Positions 1 to 12,658 of a stretch of DNA of 64,000 nt are shown in pieces (position 1 is the stretch's first letter; the number at the start of each line of letters is the position of its first letter). The position numbers and the translations under genes are program-made. The DNA comes from Botryllus schlosseri. Lineage: Eukaryota. The notes beneath the pieces are model-generated. The model searched no databases. It was given only the letters and a program-made list of their open reading frames with translations, and was not told the origin of the DNA. Location of the stretch: NCBI GenBank assembly GCA_051294905.1, contig CM119372.1, positions 33,916,001 through 33,980,000 of the forward strand, read 5' to 3'.

Positions 1-162
1 AGCAATAAATGGAATCAAAAATTGTCATAAGAATTTTGTGATGCACTAGTAACTTTCTGGAACCTGGAATGTGTTTTTGTACAACATTGATCAACTCATT
101 TATTCACGATTGCTATATGTCTGGGAGTCTATTGAATTTGTAGTCTCCCCACCATTGTTACT

Positions 163-3100
163 CAGAGGTGGTCACTGGTCAGAAACGAAGTACGGTAACC
201 CATAGGCGCCGACTTTTATTTTTTTACGAGGTGGCGAAGTCTTGTGACGCCATAATTGTTCCATACCGATGACGTCATCAACGCACGTTACTACATGCCG
301 GTGGTATGCGTGCAGCGTTAAACCATTCGCGTGACATTTTAATACTGGCATTGCACTCATTAATATCAAAACCATGCAGTTGAGATATTAAATGGAATCT
401 TAAAACGGTACGATCATTAGAAGTGTTGAAGTGCCTGCGCTACCAGTCCGTCCTACGGAATCTGCAGTTGCATCGATGTTATTCACGCGCCATGCCCAGT
501 GTGACTAACGAAATGCAATACGCAGTGGCCTTGCAAGTAACACACGACAACTCTCGAATACTTTAAGCAGACAATAATGATGATTACAAACGCGAAATCG
601 CACAGCCAATCAATAATTGTCTCTTGCGGTTTCTTGCTTCGCGTTGACCAACTCGCATCGCAGCAATTGTTTGATGATTAAAACATTGGTGCATTTCCCG
701 ATTCAAGTTCGCGAAGCATTTCGGGAGTTCATCGACCAACTCGTAAATTCAATCTGCATGTCGACGGCCGCCAACGCATACTAATTGAATTACGTGTTGA
801 CGGCCGCACAAATTTCGTTCTACGGCCGCGGGTTGACCACCCTTGGGCTAGAATTAATTCCACTTTCGGACGCATGCCGCGATCTTACCAATAGAAATCC
901 ACTGTCTATATAATGCCTAATAGTTTAATATTCGATAATGTTGTTCTCGATGCGAGTACATCAGCAATCATCAAGTTTATCGCAATGTAGAAGGTTCCCT
1001 GATCAAACAAATCGAATAAAATCAGAATTTGTGGCACCCATAATCCTGTGATGCATCACGTTAATAATGAGAGGAAGACTGAAAAATGACTTTGTGTGAC
1101 AATTTCGGAGTACGAATGCATCAAGTAGATAACAAGAAATATGGATGATGGCAAATAAGAAAGCGTGTAATCTAATCAGTATCGCCACGAATCGGTTTTG
1201 AGTGTGACACTGTATTGAGTGGCTTTCGTCGCGACAATTGTTTTCTCATTACTGTTCAAGCTGTATTGCTGCATCTCCCGATTAATGTCACAGGAAAAGC
1301 GAATCTGCGAAGAAATTAATTCCAATTTGCAGGCACACACCAACACACCCTCCAATTTCGCGCTCCGATTACCTATCACGAAGCTAGCTAGTTCATGAAT
1401 GGTTTTGTAAACGAATATGGGCGCACATAATTTAGATTTCAGAAAAGCAGAACGCGCCTGGTCGGCAGAGGAGATCTAGGATGGTGCTTCTCAGCACACG
1501 CTAGGCGCGTAGCAAGTCGAAAAATTGGTAGGATTTGGATTTTTTTTTAATTTACCAATAAAACATCAATTCAATTAGGGGTCAAGTACAATGTACATGC
1601 GTAAATGGCGATCATATTATAACTTCGTATTGACGATTTTAGGCGTATGATAAGCTTGCCAGAGTCCGGGAGTGCTGCCAATTAGCGAGTCACTGATCTC
1701 TGGTGAACAATTAAATACGCGCGAGTATTACGCAGGCAACAGTTTCTGCAAATCAAAATGTCCGAGCTTGATTGCACCGATTTCAAACCTTTGTCGTATT
1801 TCAGAACTCGAGACATGATACACATCTTGTGGTCGTTACGTTCAAGTATTAGCGGGAATCAATTTTGCACGTTAAAGTCTGTTTGCAGCGATTTGATTTT
1901 ATTCAGGTTCGCGGTGTCGCTTTTTAATCAATATGACATAAAACAATAACTAATTAGCGTAAACTAGGCCGCATTGTCTCGAAACCAGCGGGAGACAGGA
2001 ACCAAAGCATGCTAGGCCCGAGACGCGATAGTTAGGCCATAGACCAGCATTCAGCAATGATATCGTTCACTCCAGGCCTATTGCATATGCTATTGTGTAG
2101 GCCAGCGATGATATCGTGCACACGAGGCCGAAGCCGCCAATGCAGATTCGATTGCGCAGTTAAGCGATGATATATAGTGTGAACTGGGCCCATTGCAGAT
2201 GCGATTGTTGAAGCCTGCGGAACCAGGCAGGCTTGATCGAGACGCGATGAATCAGGCTAGCGACGATTGCCCTGCGCACGGGAATGAATGACCTAATTTC
2301 GTGACCATCTCAGCGGGAGATGATCACAGATTCTTCGCGCTAATTGACAACACGTTTCTTGCAAACCCGCCGCGCGGAACACTGATTACACAATTATTGA
2401 ATTGCAACTGTTGCAATTGCAAGAGTTAGAATGATCATTTCAAAATGACGCGGTTTCGCGTTTCAAGTAGGGAAGTTCGACCCCCGAAAACCCGTGTCTA
2501 CGCGCCTGGCACACGCGCGTGTCGGACTCGTAGAGGTCGCATCGATTCGCCTGATTACTAATTACTGATCACAAATCACTTGGGCGTTTGAGCATTTTGT
2601 ACGAGGTGGCCGCCACCTCGTAAATATGGTCACGAGGTGACTGCGCCACCTCGTAACCTCGTAAGTCGGCGCCTATGCGGTAACCTACTTAAACTTTTTA
2701 AGGGTAGGCCTACCCGATTAGGTTATGCCTACTTCCACTACTCCCTTAAATGGTTACGCTTTCAGACTACTACTACTACTACTTGATGGTTTTTTAAGCA
2801 AAAACACTACAATAAATATTTACACTTGTGCTTTTGTAAAGTAGTAAGTAGTTTTCAGGTTGATCTGCATCTCTTCTGTGAGTGAAACAACAAAGTGAAA
2901 TAGCGCTTTTAACATGATTACAAATAAGCAATGGAATATTCGTAGTGTCATTGGTCATTTTGCGTTTTCACGAAGATACGAATTTAAATTTTGAAAATAA
3001 CCACCGTCCGTGGTCCGATATACGTCTTAGGCCTATTTGATTACATTTCAGATCTTTATTTCTACTTCTACTCAAGTGGTTTTGACATGTCTTTGAAATT

Positions 3101-3194
3101 GCTATTTATACTTACAGTTCACTAAATAGTTACGGCATTGCTCATACATCTACTTGAGTAGCAATGCCGACTATTTTGAATTTTTGATCACCTG
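163..3194. mobile_element. Old copy of hAT-type non-autonomous family B (CAGAGGTGGTCA terminus, CTACTT subterminal repeats), interrupted by the 201-2677 element
   Basis: Starts CAGAGGTGGTCA like the copies at 45283 and 50574; after 2686 it resumes with ctactt-rich sequence and ends in a degenerate right end (tttgatcacctg). Confidence 0.6.
201..2677. mobile_element. hAT-type non-autonomous DNA transposon
   Basis: TIR CATAGGCGCCGACTT / AAGTCGGCGCCTATG; perfect 8-bp TSD CGGTAACC (193-200, 2678-2685); subterminal ACGAGGTGGC repeats; degenerate ~35-40-bp repeats at ~1980-2260. Confidence 0.9.
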
Positions 3195-3286
3195 TCTTCA
3201 GCTCAGACGTCTGTTATTACCAAGTACCATCAATCTAAATTTCCATATTGTTTTGGACTGGTTCCCGGTGTAAAGGTATAGTTAGG

Positions 3287-3544
3287 CAGGGTTGTAATGA
3301 CTTGGGTCATGATTCGACTCGAGTCACGATTTTCTGATGACTCGAGTCATTTTTTCAAAATACGGAAATGACTCGACTCCAGTCAATCTGTGTATTGACT
3401 CGACTTGGACTCGAGTCATTGCGCATGACTCGAGCCAAGTCATTTGACTCGAGACTCATACGGCCAAGACCGACATTTCATTGTAGGGAGATTGACTATA
3501 AAAGTGAGATTGACTCGGAGCCTTGTGACTGGGTTACAACCCTG
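3287..3544. mobile_element. MITE with GACTCGAGTC subterminal arrays (CAGGGTTGTAA TIR)
   Basis: TIR CAGGGTTGTAA / TTACAACCCTG; flanks agttagg / agttaagg; related partial copies at ~43655-44230 and ~53600-54043. Confidence 0.8.
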
Positions 3545-4238
3545 AGTTAAGGTCTGGTTAGGGGTAGAATTTAGGCACTTCTAGCCTACTTGCCGCAAAC
3601 TTGGATCTACAGTACGTACTTATTCCATTATGTCATGCTACTTATTTTGTGTTTCCTTTGGCAAGTCTATTTCGACTTCATCGATTCATCCTTGGCAGAC
3701 CATCAATATTTTTTGGGGTCCCACTTTGTAGCCCTTCAGTGACTTCACTCTGTCGCAGTTCGTGATCTTGACACATTGTAAAAAGATTTTAGCAATGGTA
3801 TTCTGCTATGGTATTGCATTTGTGTGTCACGCCAAGCAAACATAAATCAACTAAAGTCAAATATACTAATTCGAGGAAATTAGCCTGGTCAACATTTAGC
3901 CTAGCTGAAACTATTATTTTACGACAGTAAAATGGCGACAATGTGGTAACTGATGCAATATATGAATGTGATAACAGAACACATTCATATCTAGCACTGC
4001 TACACCAGAAAACTTCAGGTTTTATTTTCAATTTACAGGCAGTATTATGCTATTATGGACAATTTGACAAAAATTATTCACCATGAAATAAAACCACATA
4101 AATTTTTATTGGCCTTCCATGAAGCCCTGCAATAGGTAGTCTACTCAACTGCTTTAATGTGGCTAAGCGGTTTGCCCGCAAACTCGTTTCACTTGAAGTT
4201 TTTCAGTTATCTTTCATGAACGAACATGACGTCTATAT

Positions 4239-5736
4239 CGTCGCTGGAAAACCAAACTGCGCTATGTCCACTTTTGGTGATTTTGACTTTTTTGGCTCTT
4301 ACCACTATTTGGACATAGATCTTTCATTTGGCCCGGGTTCCGTGTTTCTAGGTAGTTGGGATCTCTAGTGAAGTGGACATATACACATGCATTTTCAAGG
4401 TTAATTGAAAACCAAACTGGCCTATGTCCAAATTATATAGTCATAAGCCTCTTTGACCTTCCACTTGACTAGGGTATTATGTCTATTTGTGCCGGTAAGT
4501 AAACTTTTAGGAACCTGATGCCGTGTATAATATACGTAGCATCACTTTTTCTCAAGTTTCCTTTGTTAGACCATTGTAAGCTATCGACCAATCCTAACTA
4601 TTGGGCTCTTCTTGAGGATGTATGTTTATGGAAGACATTCATCTCTGATGCCATTACATGTCGGAAGAAAAGTCATAGAAAAAGTGAAATTGCAAACACA
4701 AATGACAACAAAAATTACGAGTTTGTCAAGAATGTTTTCTCGGTAGGCCTACACTAAATATTTTGCAAAAAGGTATCAACTGCAATGCGAAAAATTGCTG
4801 AGACTGAGAACATTATTCCAGACAGTAGTTGTAAAAAAGGAAGGACATATAGCCTAATTGTGGTTCTAAATAACACGATGATAGGAAATGCCAATAAATT
4901 TTGCATTCAAGAAGCATTCTGCAGATGTCGAGGCCTTTTAATTATAGTGATGGGATTAACTTCAAATCGCCCCTCGGTTTACCCTAGTGTCCCTCAATTT
5001 GGAAGAACAAATCCATCTAAGTTACTGATCAAAAGTACGGCAAATGAAATATTCAAACTGGTCTAAACCAGCAGTATTTTCAAGTATAGCCTAATGACAG
5101 CGAGTCTGGGTTGATAAAGTTGCAGCTGTTCAGTTTGAAGCCATCAACCAGTACAACTGACACATTTCTTCCACAACTGTATCTGGACATGCTAGGGATT
5201 TCGGTAGACACCAAGTGCTGCCGAAACGTGACAAAAATTTAGTTCCTTGCAGCCTTTTCTTTAAAAATATTCCAGTGATATGCAATAGTGTAGAATGGCC
5301 GAATTAATTTTTTGATGATTTTGTGATTATGTCCCATAATATGTATTTTGAATACCAGGCATTGATTCCCTTCATTTGTTGTGATCATGTGTTTCAGTTT
5401 CACTCATTTCTGTCACAAAACACCTCTAAACTATATGTCTGATGCAATTATTGGTACGCTGAAGAGGTATTATGTCCAATAAAATGCTTCTTTGATTGAC
5501 ACTATTCGAGAACTGTACTGGCCTATGTCCATAAATGGGGCTAAAAAAGGGGGTTACTCTTATTTTAAGGAAGTAAAAATTATGTGATTTCTACACTATA
5601 TGCATATGATTCAATATCCCAGGAGCACACTTCCAATGTATTGGTAGTGTGACCGTGACAACCATTGGAAATCTTCTTTTTCGATTATCTCAGTTTGTCA
5701 TTTTGGGACATAGCGCAGTTTGGTTTTCCAGCGACG
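4239..5736 (+). mobile_element. Sola1-like DNA transposon deletion derivative
   Basis: ~31-bp perfect TIR CGTCGCTGGAAAACCAAACTGCGCTATGTCC; 4-bp ATAT flanks (4235-4238, 5737-5740), matching the AWWT target of Sola1; decayed peptides NYWALLED..TFISDAI..RKK, RVCQECFL..TLNI resemble a Sola1 transposase N-terminus (recalled, not searched). Confidence 0.65.
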
Positions 5737-5744
5737 ATATAGAT

Positions 5745-6059
5745 TAGGGCTACCATGCATGACATACGTCCTCCTTTAAGGATTTGTTTTTGAAAATGTC
5801 CTTCTTTTTGGCAATTCGTCCTCCTTTACAGCTTTTACAGCTAAGATAATGGACAGATTCGAGTGAAAATGGGCATAAATGACGCTACATATCAAAGACG
5901 GACGTTCGAGCGGGAAATTTTTGGTTCGACCGAAAGAGACCACTGTTTTTTTAGTCAACCAACACCATTAAATTCAAGTCAGAACTATATAAATCGGGAG
6001 TCTGACTCATTTCTCATTTGGTCCTACTCCTTTCCCGATTCCAAAATATGGTAACCCTA
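5745..6059. mobile_element. hAT MITE (TAGGG[C/T]TACCAT family)
   Basis: TIR TAGGGCTACCAT / ATGGTAACCCTA; 8-bp flanks atatagat / atacagac. Confidence 0.75.
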
Positions 6060-6141
6060 ATACAGACGTCACAGAAAAACGTCTATATATTGTTCGCTGT
6101 GCTAAATTGTCAGCAACAGTGGTTAAGATCGCACTCACATC

Positions 6142-6296
6142 CAATGTTTCAACGAGTCTGCGCACACTCACCAACTCACTGCGCAGACCCTTGGAGAACA
6201 GTGCGTAACAACTAAAAAAAAGGTCAGCACTAAGGATTTTTTGTTCGCAGAGACCGTGTCAGCACTGCGCATTTGCGCAGCTTACAGGGAACATTG
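6142..6296. mobile_element. 155-bp mini-MITE, hAT-type
   Basis: Ends CAATGTTTC / GGAACATTG; 8-bp flanks ctcacatc / ctcgcatc (1 mismatch); internal TGCGCA motifs. Confidence 0.6.
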
Positions 6297-7688
6297 CTCG
6301 CATCACAGAGCAGAGTGTGACCGTGTTCGACGCTACTCAGTCAGAATTTAGATCGCTAATTATAATTGAAACAACCGAATTTCAATTCGAGTTTATATTC
6401 CACCTAATTATGGTCTGTAGTTTTTTCTGAAATAGAAAGCACTTTCCCCACTCATACTTCATGGTATTCCAAAAACATTAGTTCTGCAGAATAACATCTA
6501 TCATTGATTAGTCTGATCACCTGCAACAACCTCCCTTGTGCGTGCTCAGAGCCAATTCGAAGATAGCATTTTTATCTACCTGAGCACTAGGCTACTATAT
6601 ATCACAACACCGATTTCGGAAAAAACATGAAGTGATGAAGATAATCCAACCCCGACCGCCATGCAGTAGTATTTACATTTTCAAATTATGCCAATAGCTG
6701 AAGTTAACCTTCAGTTGTATGAATGTTGTAAAAGAGTCAGTCGGCGTTGCCGGGCTACATAACCTAACATACCTTGCTCTAAGTGCAACGATAGTTCCAG
6801 TATGTCCACATTGATCAGCTGGCCGACACTTTAGAATCCCATGATTTTATCAAACAATCAGGTTTACTTCAAAATTTACATTGCCTATAAAATGAAAAAC
6901 AGTTTCAATTTTTTATGAATTGATAAGGGTATTAAAATGCACACCAGTCAAATTGAGAATGTTACATCCTTAACTGATATGTGAAATCAAAGAATAGTTG
7001 CTCGCTTTCTCCAACCGTTGCATCCTAACAAGTCAAAGGCACCCCTGCAGAATGATTCAATACGATCTATGCAAAATCGCAGCAAACTTCGATCCTTGCG
7101 AATGAATGTATTTGAAATTGCAGATTACCAAACAATGGTTAAGTACAGACTAAAATATCAACACAGTAGGCCGCACCATCCTTCAAATTAGGAACTCAAC
7201 GTTGCAGGCGAACAAAGTAGGCTGAACGCAGTAACTGTTGTACATTTGGAGGTAATAAATCCAAAGCAGGTCACGACTGTAATCTGGTAACATACTTGCC
7301 TCTAAGTGGCAATTACAAATAAAAATGGATTGAACTAATTGCAAGTCAACTTGACACAATATCTTTTTGCGAGTCCCACATAAAATCAAAACAGACACAA
7401 TTATTCGTAAGACACACATTACCTCAATACGCAAAATTGTTTCCACACCACAAATCTTGTTATTGGTACAAACATAAGTGATGCTATTTGTCCAAATTGA
7501 TGTACGATTGGCGCATAGATGTGTCTCTCATGCAGGAAATCGCGATAATGGACCACTTTCAATTATTTGAACCTAGTTCTATGAGATGGGGGTCTTACAA
7601 TGTACACCATATTCAAAAGTGCGTGAAAAAATGAAATCCAAAGATTATTAAAGCATGTTACAATAAAAATGAAGGTACGAGAGCTCGC

Positions 7689-10600
7689 TTACGCCAAGAA
7701 AAAGCCTTCAGATCGGATAGCCAGTTTTAACTTTGTTTTTAACGCATCTCTGTTGGTATATCGCGGCAAATCTAGTATATTAAAGCAAGTATGCGCGACT
7801 GGTAAGTAATCATCTCCAAACGGCAACGGTTGGATACAGAATTCCAACCCGTTGATCGGTATCTTGCTAGAGCCGGTTAAGAAACGGACAAATTCCTTTT
7901 TCTCGTCCACAGTCAGGGCGTGGAACACCTCCCAAAACCAAACGATGACTTTATGATTGCGCCAGTATTCGCCTTTATAAACTGTCTTCTTCTCCAGCTC
8001 TTCCCAGTTATAGTTTTGATTCCCCACCACCATCTCCATCAGTTCTTCGGGACGGAACAAATTCAACACCTGCCCGCCGCACACGCGCAAAAACCCTTTC
8101 TTGAAACATTCAAACTGCGACTCGATAGACTTATTGAAGACATAGTCCAAGTAAGCGCTCACATACTGACTGCGATTATCACCAGTGACGGCGATATTCT
8201 CACCGTTTTCAATCAATTCCTTACACGCGGTGGTGCCAAAATGGTCACGCGTGATCGTGAAATTGAGACAGAATATATCTTCGATCGTGGAGCCGTCGTC
8301 TTCCACAAAGTCCACGAGTTGCTGCAGACTGTTGCCCACCACCGGGTCTAGTTCTTTCAAATCCGACAACGTCGGTTGTACGTCGAGCAATTTCTTGTAC
8401 AACGCTAACGGAAAACTGATGTCGATTATTGTGCTGTTGTACACAGCAAGGCCGCAAAGTGTCCCAATCAAATGATACGTATCGTCTGTTTCAATGCCAA
8501 AGTCACTAAACCATAACAAGTTAGAATCATCGTAGTTGCGAAACATTCCATACTTCGGGTCTAGAATCTCTCTGAGAATAAGCATGAAGAATTCTTTACG
8601 AACACCGCCCGCGTCCTGTCCGTCTTCACCGACAAATTTTACGATAAAGGGGCGCTTCAAATTGCCGTTGTCACGAATTCCACGTATCGCGTCTTCCACT
8701 AAACGCTCGCGACGTATCTCGACCTCAATGACAGGACTTTCGAGGCCGACGCCGCCCATCCCGAGCCCGAAAATAGCGGCTACGTTCTGCCCGCGCGCGT
8801 GTAAAAATGCTTCGTTCATCTGAAATTTAGAGTCTATTTGCAGAAGTAGCGTTTTAGCTTTGGAATTAAACACAAACGGGTAACGGCAGAAACTAAAATC
8901 CTGGTTTGCGGTCCGCGCCCACTGCTGGTAATCTGATTCGAGAGGTATCAAGTCGTTCAACTCCGGGATGTAAAACTTGCGGAAGTCTACAACGCAGGAC
9001 TCGCCAGAGTTGTTGACCTTGTTCAACTTCCGCATCAAGTTCAACAGTAATGTGATCATTTTTTTCACTATATCCGGCGGCAGGCCTCTTTTTATCGTGG
9101 ATACGATACAATCCTTGCACATCTCAACCGGAGTCATGAAGAAATCTGAGTCCAACGACCGGTACCACTGGTCCAAAATTTTCGAAGGATTTTCGGCGAG
9201 ATTCAGTAGCTTTTCGACAAACGGAAACAGCAGGCTGTCGTGAAAATCAGGGTTACGAAAGATTTTGAACTCGGGCAGAGTGATGTACAACCTCAAGGCT
9301 TCGATATCCGGAGGGTTCGGCGGTAGAGACGGTATCAAGTACCATGCTAAATAAGATTCGACTTTCTGAATCAATTTCTTGTTGCCGCATTTCATCAGCT
9401 TCGAGAATAACAGACGTGCGGTCATGAGACTTACGCCGGGGTATTTGCTGCTGGTGGTGTGGTGGTCTTGCGCGAGGAAGGAAGCGTTCATGCAGCTTTG
9501 CGAGCTCATGATGCATTCCAATTGTTGCAAGACGTTAACGGGTATCTGCCCTGCGTCACCAATTCGAGATGCTCGCTCGCAAAGATCGGAATTGACGCGC
9601 CAAATTTGACGGTGTTCTGGAGAGTCTCGATAATCCACTGATTTAGCACCGACGATTACAAAACTTTGATTTCCGCAAGCGAGAATTCGGCTGATGTTAT
9701 AAAAAGGCGAAGTCGACTGTCTCCAAGGTCCTTTGACGACAGTAGGTACTTGTAGAGAGTCTATTTTCGTGCCGAGACCAAGCTGGCCTCTTTCACCGCT
9801 TCCGCACGTGAATACATTTCCAGAATCAGGAACATATGCAATTGTGTGCAGTTTTCCGCAAGCCACTTGTGTCACGACACTCCCCATCAGCTCAAACACT
9901 TTACGAGGATTCACTTCCGACTCAGAAATACTACCGTGGCCAAGTTGCCCTTTACTGGACGAGCCAAAAGTAAACACCCCCCCATCTTGAGTTAAAACCG
10001 CACTGTGATAATCACCGCCCGCAATGAATTTGACAGCGTGCGAACGTAGCATTCGTAAAGGACTAGGAGATTTACGGTTGGCACGATCGCCGAGACCTAA
10101 TTGACCAAAGTCATTTCTGCCCCAACAAAACACACGACCGGAAACGGTCACACAAAATGAGTGCCACCCGCTGGCTGCGATTTGAGCTATAGGTAAACCG
10201 CGCAATGACGTTACTTCCGTAGGTTCTGAGGTAGGCTCGTAAGTGCCGATACCAAGTTGTCCGTATGAATTGTCACCCATGGCATAAATCGATCCGTCGT
10301 GCAACAAAACTAAAGTGTGGGACAAGCCGCAGGATATTTGCACCACGCGCTTCGAAGGAAGACGTCTGACGCTTTTAGGAACGCTGATCACCGAATTCCC
10401 AGATTCATCTTTCCAGCCCAACTGCCCAAAGTTATTACCACCCCAGCCGTACGCGCGGCCATCATCTGTAACTGCGAACATATGGCTACCGCCAGCAAAC
10501 ACATCTACAATGTTTAAGGTTTCGAATGCAGTGATTTTACTGCTAGTGGAGATTTCATGAGATGAACTACCATTGCAGGTGGTGCCGAAAATAGTAACGG

Positions 10601-10757
10601 ATCCGTCCGTGCTCAAGACACAACACTGATATTCGCCCACAGCAAGCGCTTTCAAGTTTCGTAGGGTGGGGCTTTCTTTGGGCAGTTCCGTAGGTGACAT
10701 AATTTCTCTTCCGTTTCCGTGGAAGTATCCAATCGAATTATCGCCCCAAGCGAGCAT
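7689..10757 (-). CDS. HERC4: Small HERC-family E3 ubiquitin ligase (HERC3/HERC4-like; RCC1 repeats + HECT), single exon, 1022 aa
   Basis: Uninterrupted ORF; the first ATG (10757) gives MLAWGDNS, resembling the HERC4 N-terminus; repeated RCC1 motifs (WGxNxFGQLG, CGxxHT); HECT motifs FVGEDGQDAGGVRKEFF, FPLALYKKLL, catalytic LPVAHTCFN, C-terminal EGFFLA. Exact orthology (HERC3 vs HERC4) cannot be resolved here. Confidence 0.95.
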   Translation of the reverse strand: MLAWGDNSIGYFHGNGREIMSPTELPKESPTLRNLKALAVGEYQCCVLSTDGSVTIFGTTCNGSSSHEISTSSKITAFETLNIVDVFAGGSHMFAVTDDGRAYGWGGNNFGQLGWKDESGNSVISVPKSVRRLPSKRVVQISCGLSHTLVLLHDGSIYAMGDNSYGQLGIGTYEPTSEPTEVTSLRGLPIAQIAASGWHSFCVTVSGRVFCWGRNDFGQLGLGDRANRKSPSPLRMLRSHAVKFIAGGDYHSAVLTQDGGVFTFGSSSKGQLGHGSISESEVNPRKVFELMGSVVTQVACGKLHTIAYVPDSGNVFTCGSGERGQLGLGTKIDSLQVPTVVKGPWRQSTSPFYNISRILACGNQSFVIVGAKSVDYRDSPEHRQIWRVNSDLCERASRIGDAGQIPVNVLQQLECIMSSQSCMNASFLAQDHHTTSSKYPGVSLMTARLLFSKLMKCGNKKLIQKVESYLAWYLIPSLPPNPPDIEALRLYITLPEFKIFRNPDFHDSLLFPFVEKLLNLAENPSKILDQWYRSLDSDFFMTPVEMCKDCIVSTIKRGLPPDIVKKMITLLLNLMRKLNKVNNSGESCVVDFRKFYIPELNDLIPLESDYQQWARTANQDFSFCRYPFVFNSKAKTLLLQIDSKFQMNEAFLHARGQNVAAIFGLGMGGVGLESPVIEVEIRRERLVEDAIRGIRDNGNLKRPFIVKFVGEDGQDAGGVRKEFFMLILREILDPKYGMFRNYDDSNLLWFSDFGIETDDTYHLIGTLCGLAVYNSTIIDISFPLALYKKLLDVQPTLSDLKELDPVVGNSLQQLVDFVEDDGSTIEDIFCLNFTITRDHFGTTACKELIENGENIAVTGDNRSQYVSAYLDYVFNKSIESQFECFKKGFLRVCGGQVLNLFRPEELMEMVVGNQNYNWEELEKKTVYKGEYWRNHKVIVWFWEVFHALTVDEKKEFVRFLTGSSKIPINGLEFCIQPLPFGDDYLPVAHTCFNILDLPRYTNRDALKTKLKLAIRSEGFFLA

Positions 10758-11214
10758 TACGCCCGTTCTCGAGCGTTCGAATTGACTAGCCTTGACTGAT
10801 ATAAATTGCAACTAAATCTAGTTCATAGCGAAAAGAAGCTCGAGAGTTGATCGCGTCACATAACATCAGGGCTGGGCACAATGATGCGAGTCGAGTTAAC
10901 ATATTATTGATTCTGAGACGAGTCGTGAGAGACGATTTCGTCAAGTAGTGAAATAACATGCTCCTTGCCACTAAGACCTAATTATGCAACTTGTCACAAA
11001 ATGAAATGAAATATAGCTAGTCAAGTCAAAAAACAAATAAATTAATAATCTTTAATGTAATAGGGAGCAATAATGTAATGAGCAGGGAGCATGACATGCA
11101 GTGAGAAATTAACTATATTCAAGCATACTTTAAAAGAATGTGTAACAATAGGTTACTTTGTTCTATAGGCCCATGTCGAGAAGGGGTTGGTGACAAATAC
11201 AGATCTCAAAACTA

Positions 11215-12219
11215 CACTACAAAAAAAATCAGACAAATTTGGTCTCAAATGTAAGACATGAGTATGATTTGGTCTCATTTTCAGCAATTTCAGTCATGCT
11301 GTTAAAGTGAGGTCTCAAAATTGAGACCGATTCAGCTTTTTAAGACCAATAAAGCGCATCTTATAAGACATATTGTGATTATTTGATTCATCCAATATTT
11401 TGGTCTTGTTTTCAAGACAGATTTCGCTGATCAAGAAACAACATGGTTTGTGGTCATAAAAATGAGACCGGAAAGTTGACATGGGCCAAGAGCACAAGAC
11501 ATAACTGGCTATTTGAGACAGTTTTTGATGTGTCAGTAATTTTGGTCTTGTTTTCAAGTCGGATTTCGCTAATCAAGAAACAACATGGTTTGTGGTCTTA
11601 AAAATGATACCGGAAAGTTGACATCCATGGGCCAAGAGCATAAAATTAGACAAATTTGGTCTCAAATCGATTTTTTAGAAAAAGAAGTCTCAAAACCAAT
11701 TAGTCTCACCAAGTACTTTACGTCCCAAAAGTAAGACCCAACTTGATCGGAGTGAAGGGGGAGAGTGAGAGAGACCATGGGACAATACTTTGCTAAGGAC
11801 TTTACAGACACAGCTAGCTTATTGAGACAATTTTTGATGCTTCAGTATTTTTGGTCTCATTTACCCACTCACCATAAATGCAATTTTCGACTTAGACAAC
11901 CATATATATATTGATCTGAATAGTACATGTGAGTAGTAAGTGGCATGTACCTTGATAACTATATCTAGTGAATATCTTGTAAACTCCTTAGTACAGCATT
12001 ATCCTAACACTGCAAATTCTGATCTCTCTCATGCTTCCCCTTCGCTCAGACCCTAACATTGAAAAGGAGGCCCCCCGAAGCACTTCTACTATCTTCGATC
12101 AATTTGTGTCTTACTTTCAAGACATAAAGTACTTGGTAAGACTAATTGGTCTTCAAGACATTTTTTTAAAAATAGATTTGAGACATAGAGACCAAATTTG
12201 TCTAATTTTTTTTGTAGAG
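11215..12219. mobile_element. EnSpm/CACTA non-autonomous element
   Basis: Begins CACTACAAAAAAAATCAGACAAATTTGGTCTC, ends GAGACCAAATTTGTCTAATTTTTTTTGTAGAG; TA on both sides; many TTGGTCTCA subterminal repeats and an internal direct duplication (~11398-11500 vs ~11540-11640). Confidence 0.8.
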
Positions 12220-12344
12220 TAGAAATAGCCTATTCATCAGAGTGGTGCCTTACCAAAGAAAGAATTACTAAAGGTTTTTGGAGAATTCAAATTAAAAAGC
12301 CATTGTTGCGAGATGAAGCACCTTACCAAATCGGCCTAAAAGCT

Positions 12345-12658
12345 ATAAGATAGCGTAATGGTTAAGCGCCCGGCTTCTTGATCGGTAGGTCATGGGTCAG
12401 ACCAAATACCTGAATAGTAACACGGGTATCCACGACTTCCCTGCTTGGCGCTCATGCATTACTGGGATAGCATGGAGGGGTGGTGCAAGACTTAAAAAGC
12501 CGTACAAGGCTATATCTGCACCTTCCTTGTCCAGCGGCATATGCACATCATGCACTCATGATATGCATATGCGCAGATCGTGTGTATGTGTATCATGAGT
12601 CGGTGTGTATGCTGCAAAAACATCGAGGACAAAAATAAACTACGACCTTTCCTTTCCT
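12345..12658 (+). mobile_element. tRNA-derived SINE family 1, B-box deleted copy
   Basis: Alignable end to end with 44765-45100; has the A box TAGCGTAATGG but lacks TTCGATTCCCGGCCGGG; (CCTTT)n tail. Confidence 0.85.

Noticed and set aside
7920..10560. Overlapping ORFs within the HERC gene (and antisense ORFs within LINE ORF2, 35252-36922)
   Set aside because: Shadow frames of a long coding sequence, with no recognisable motifs.
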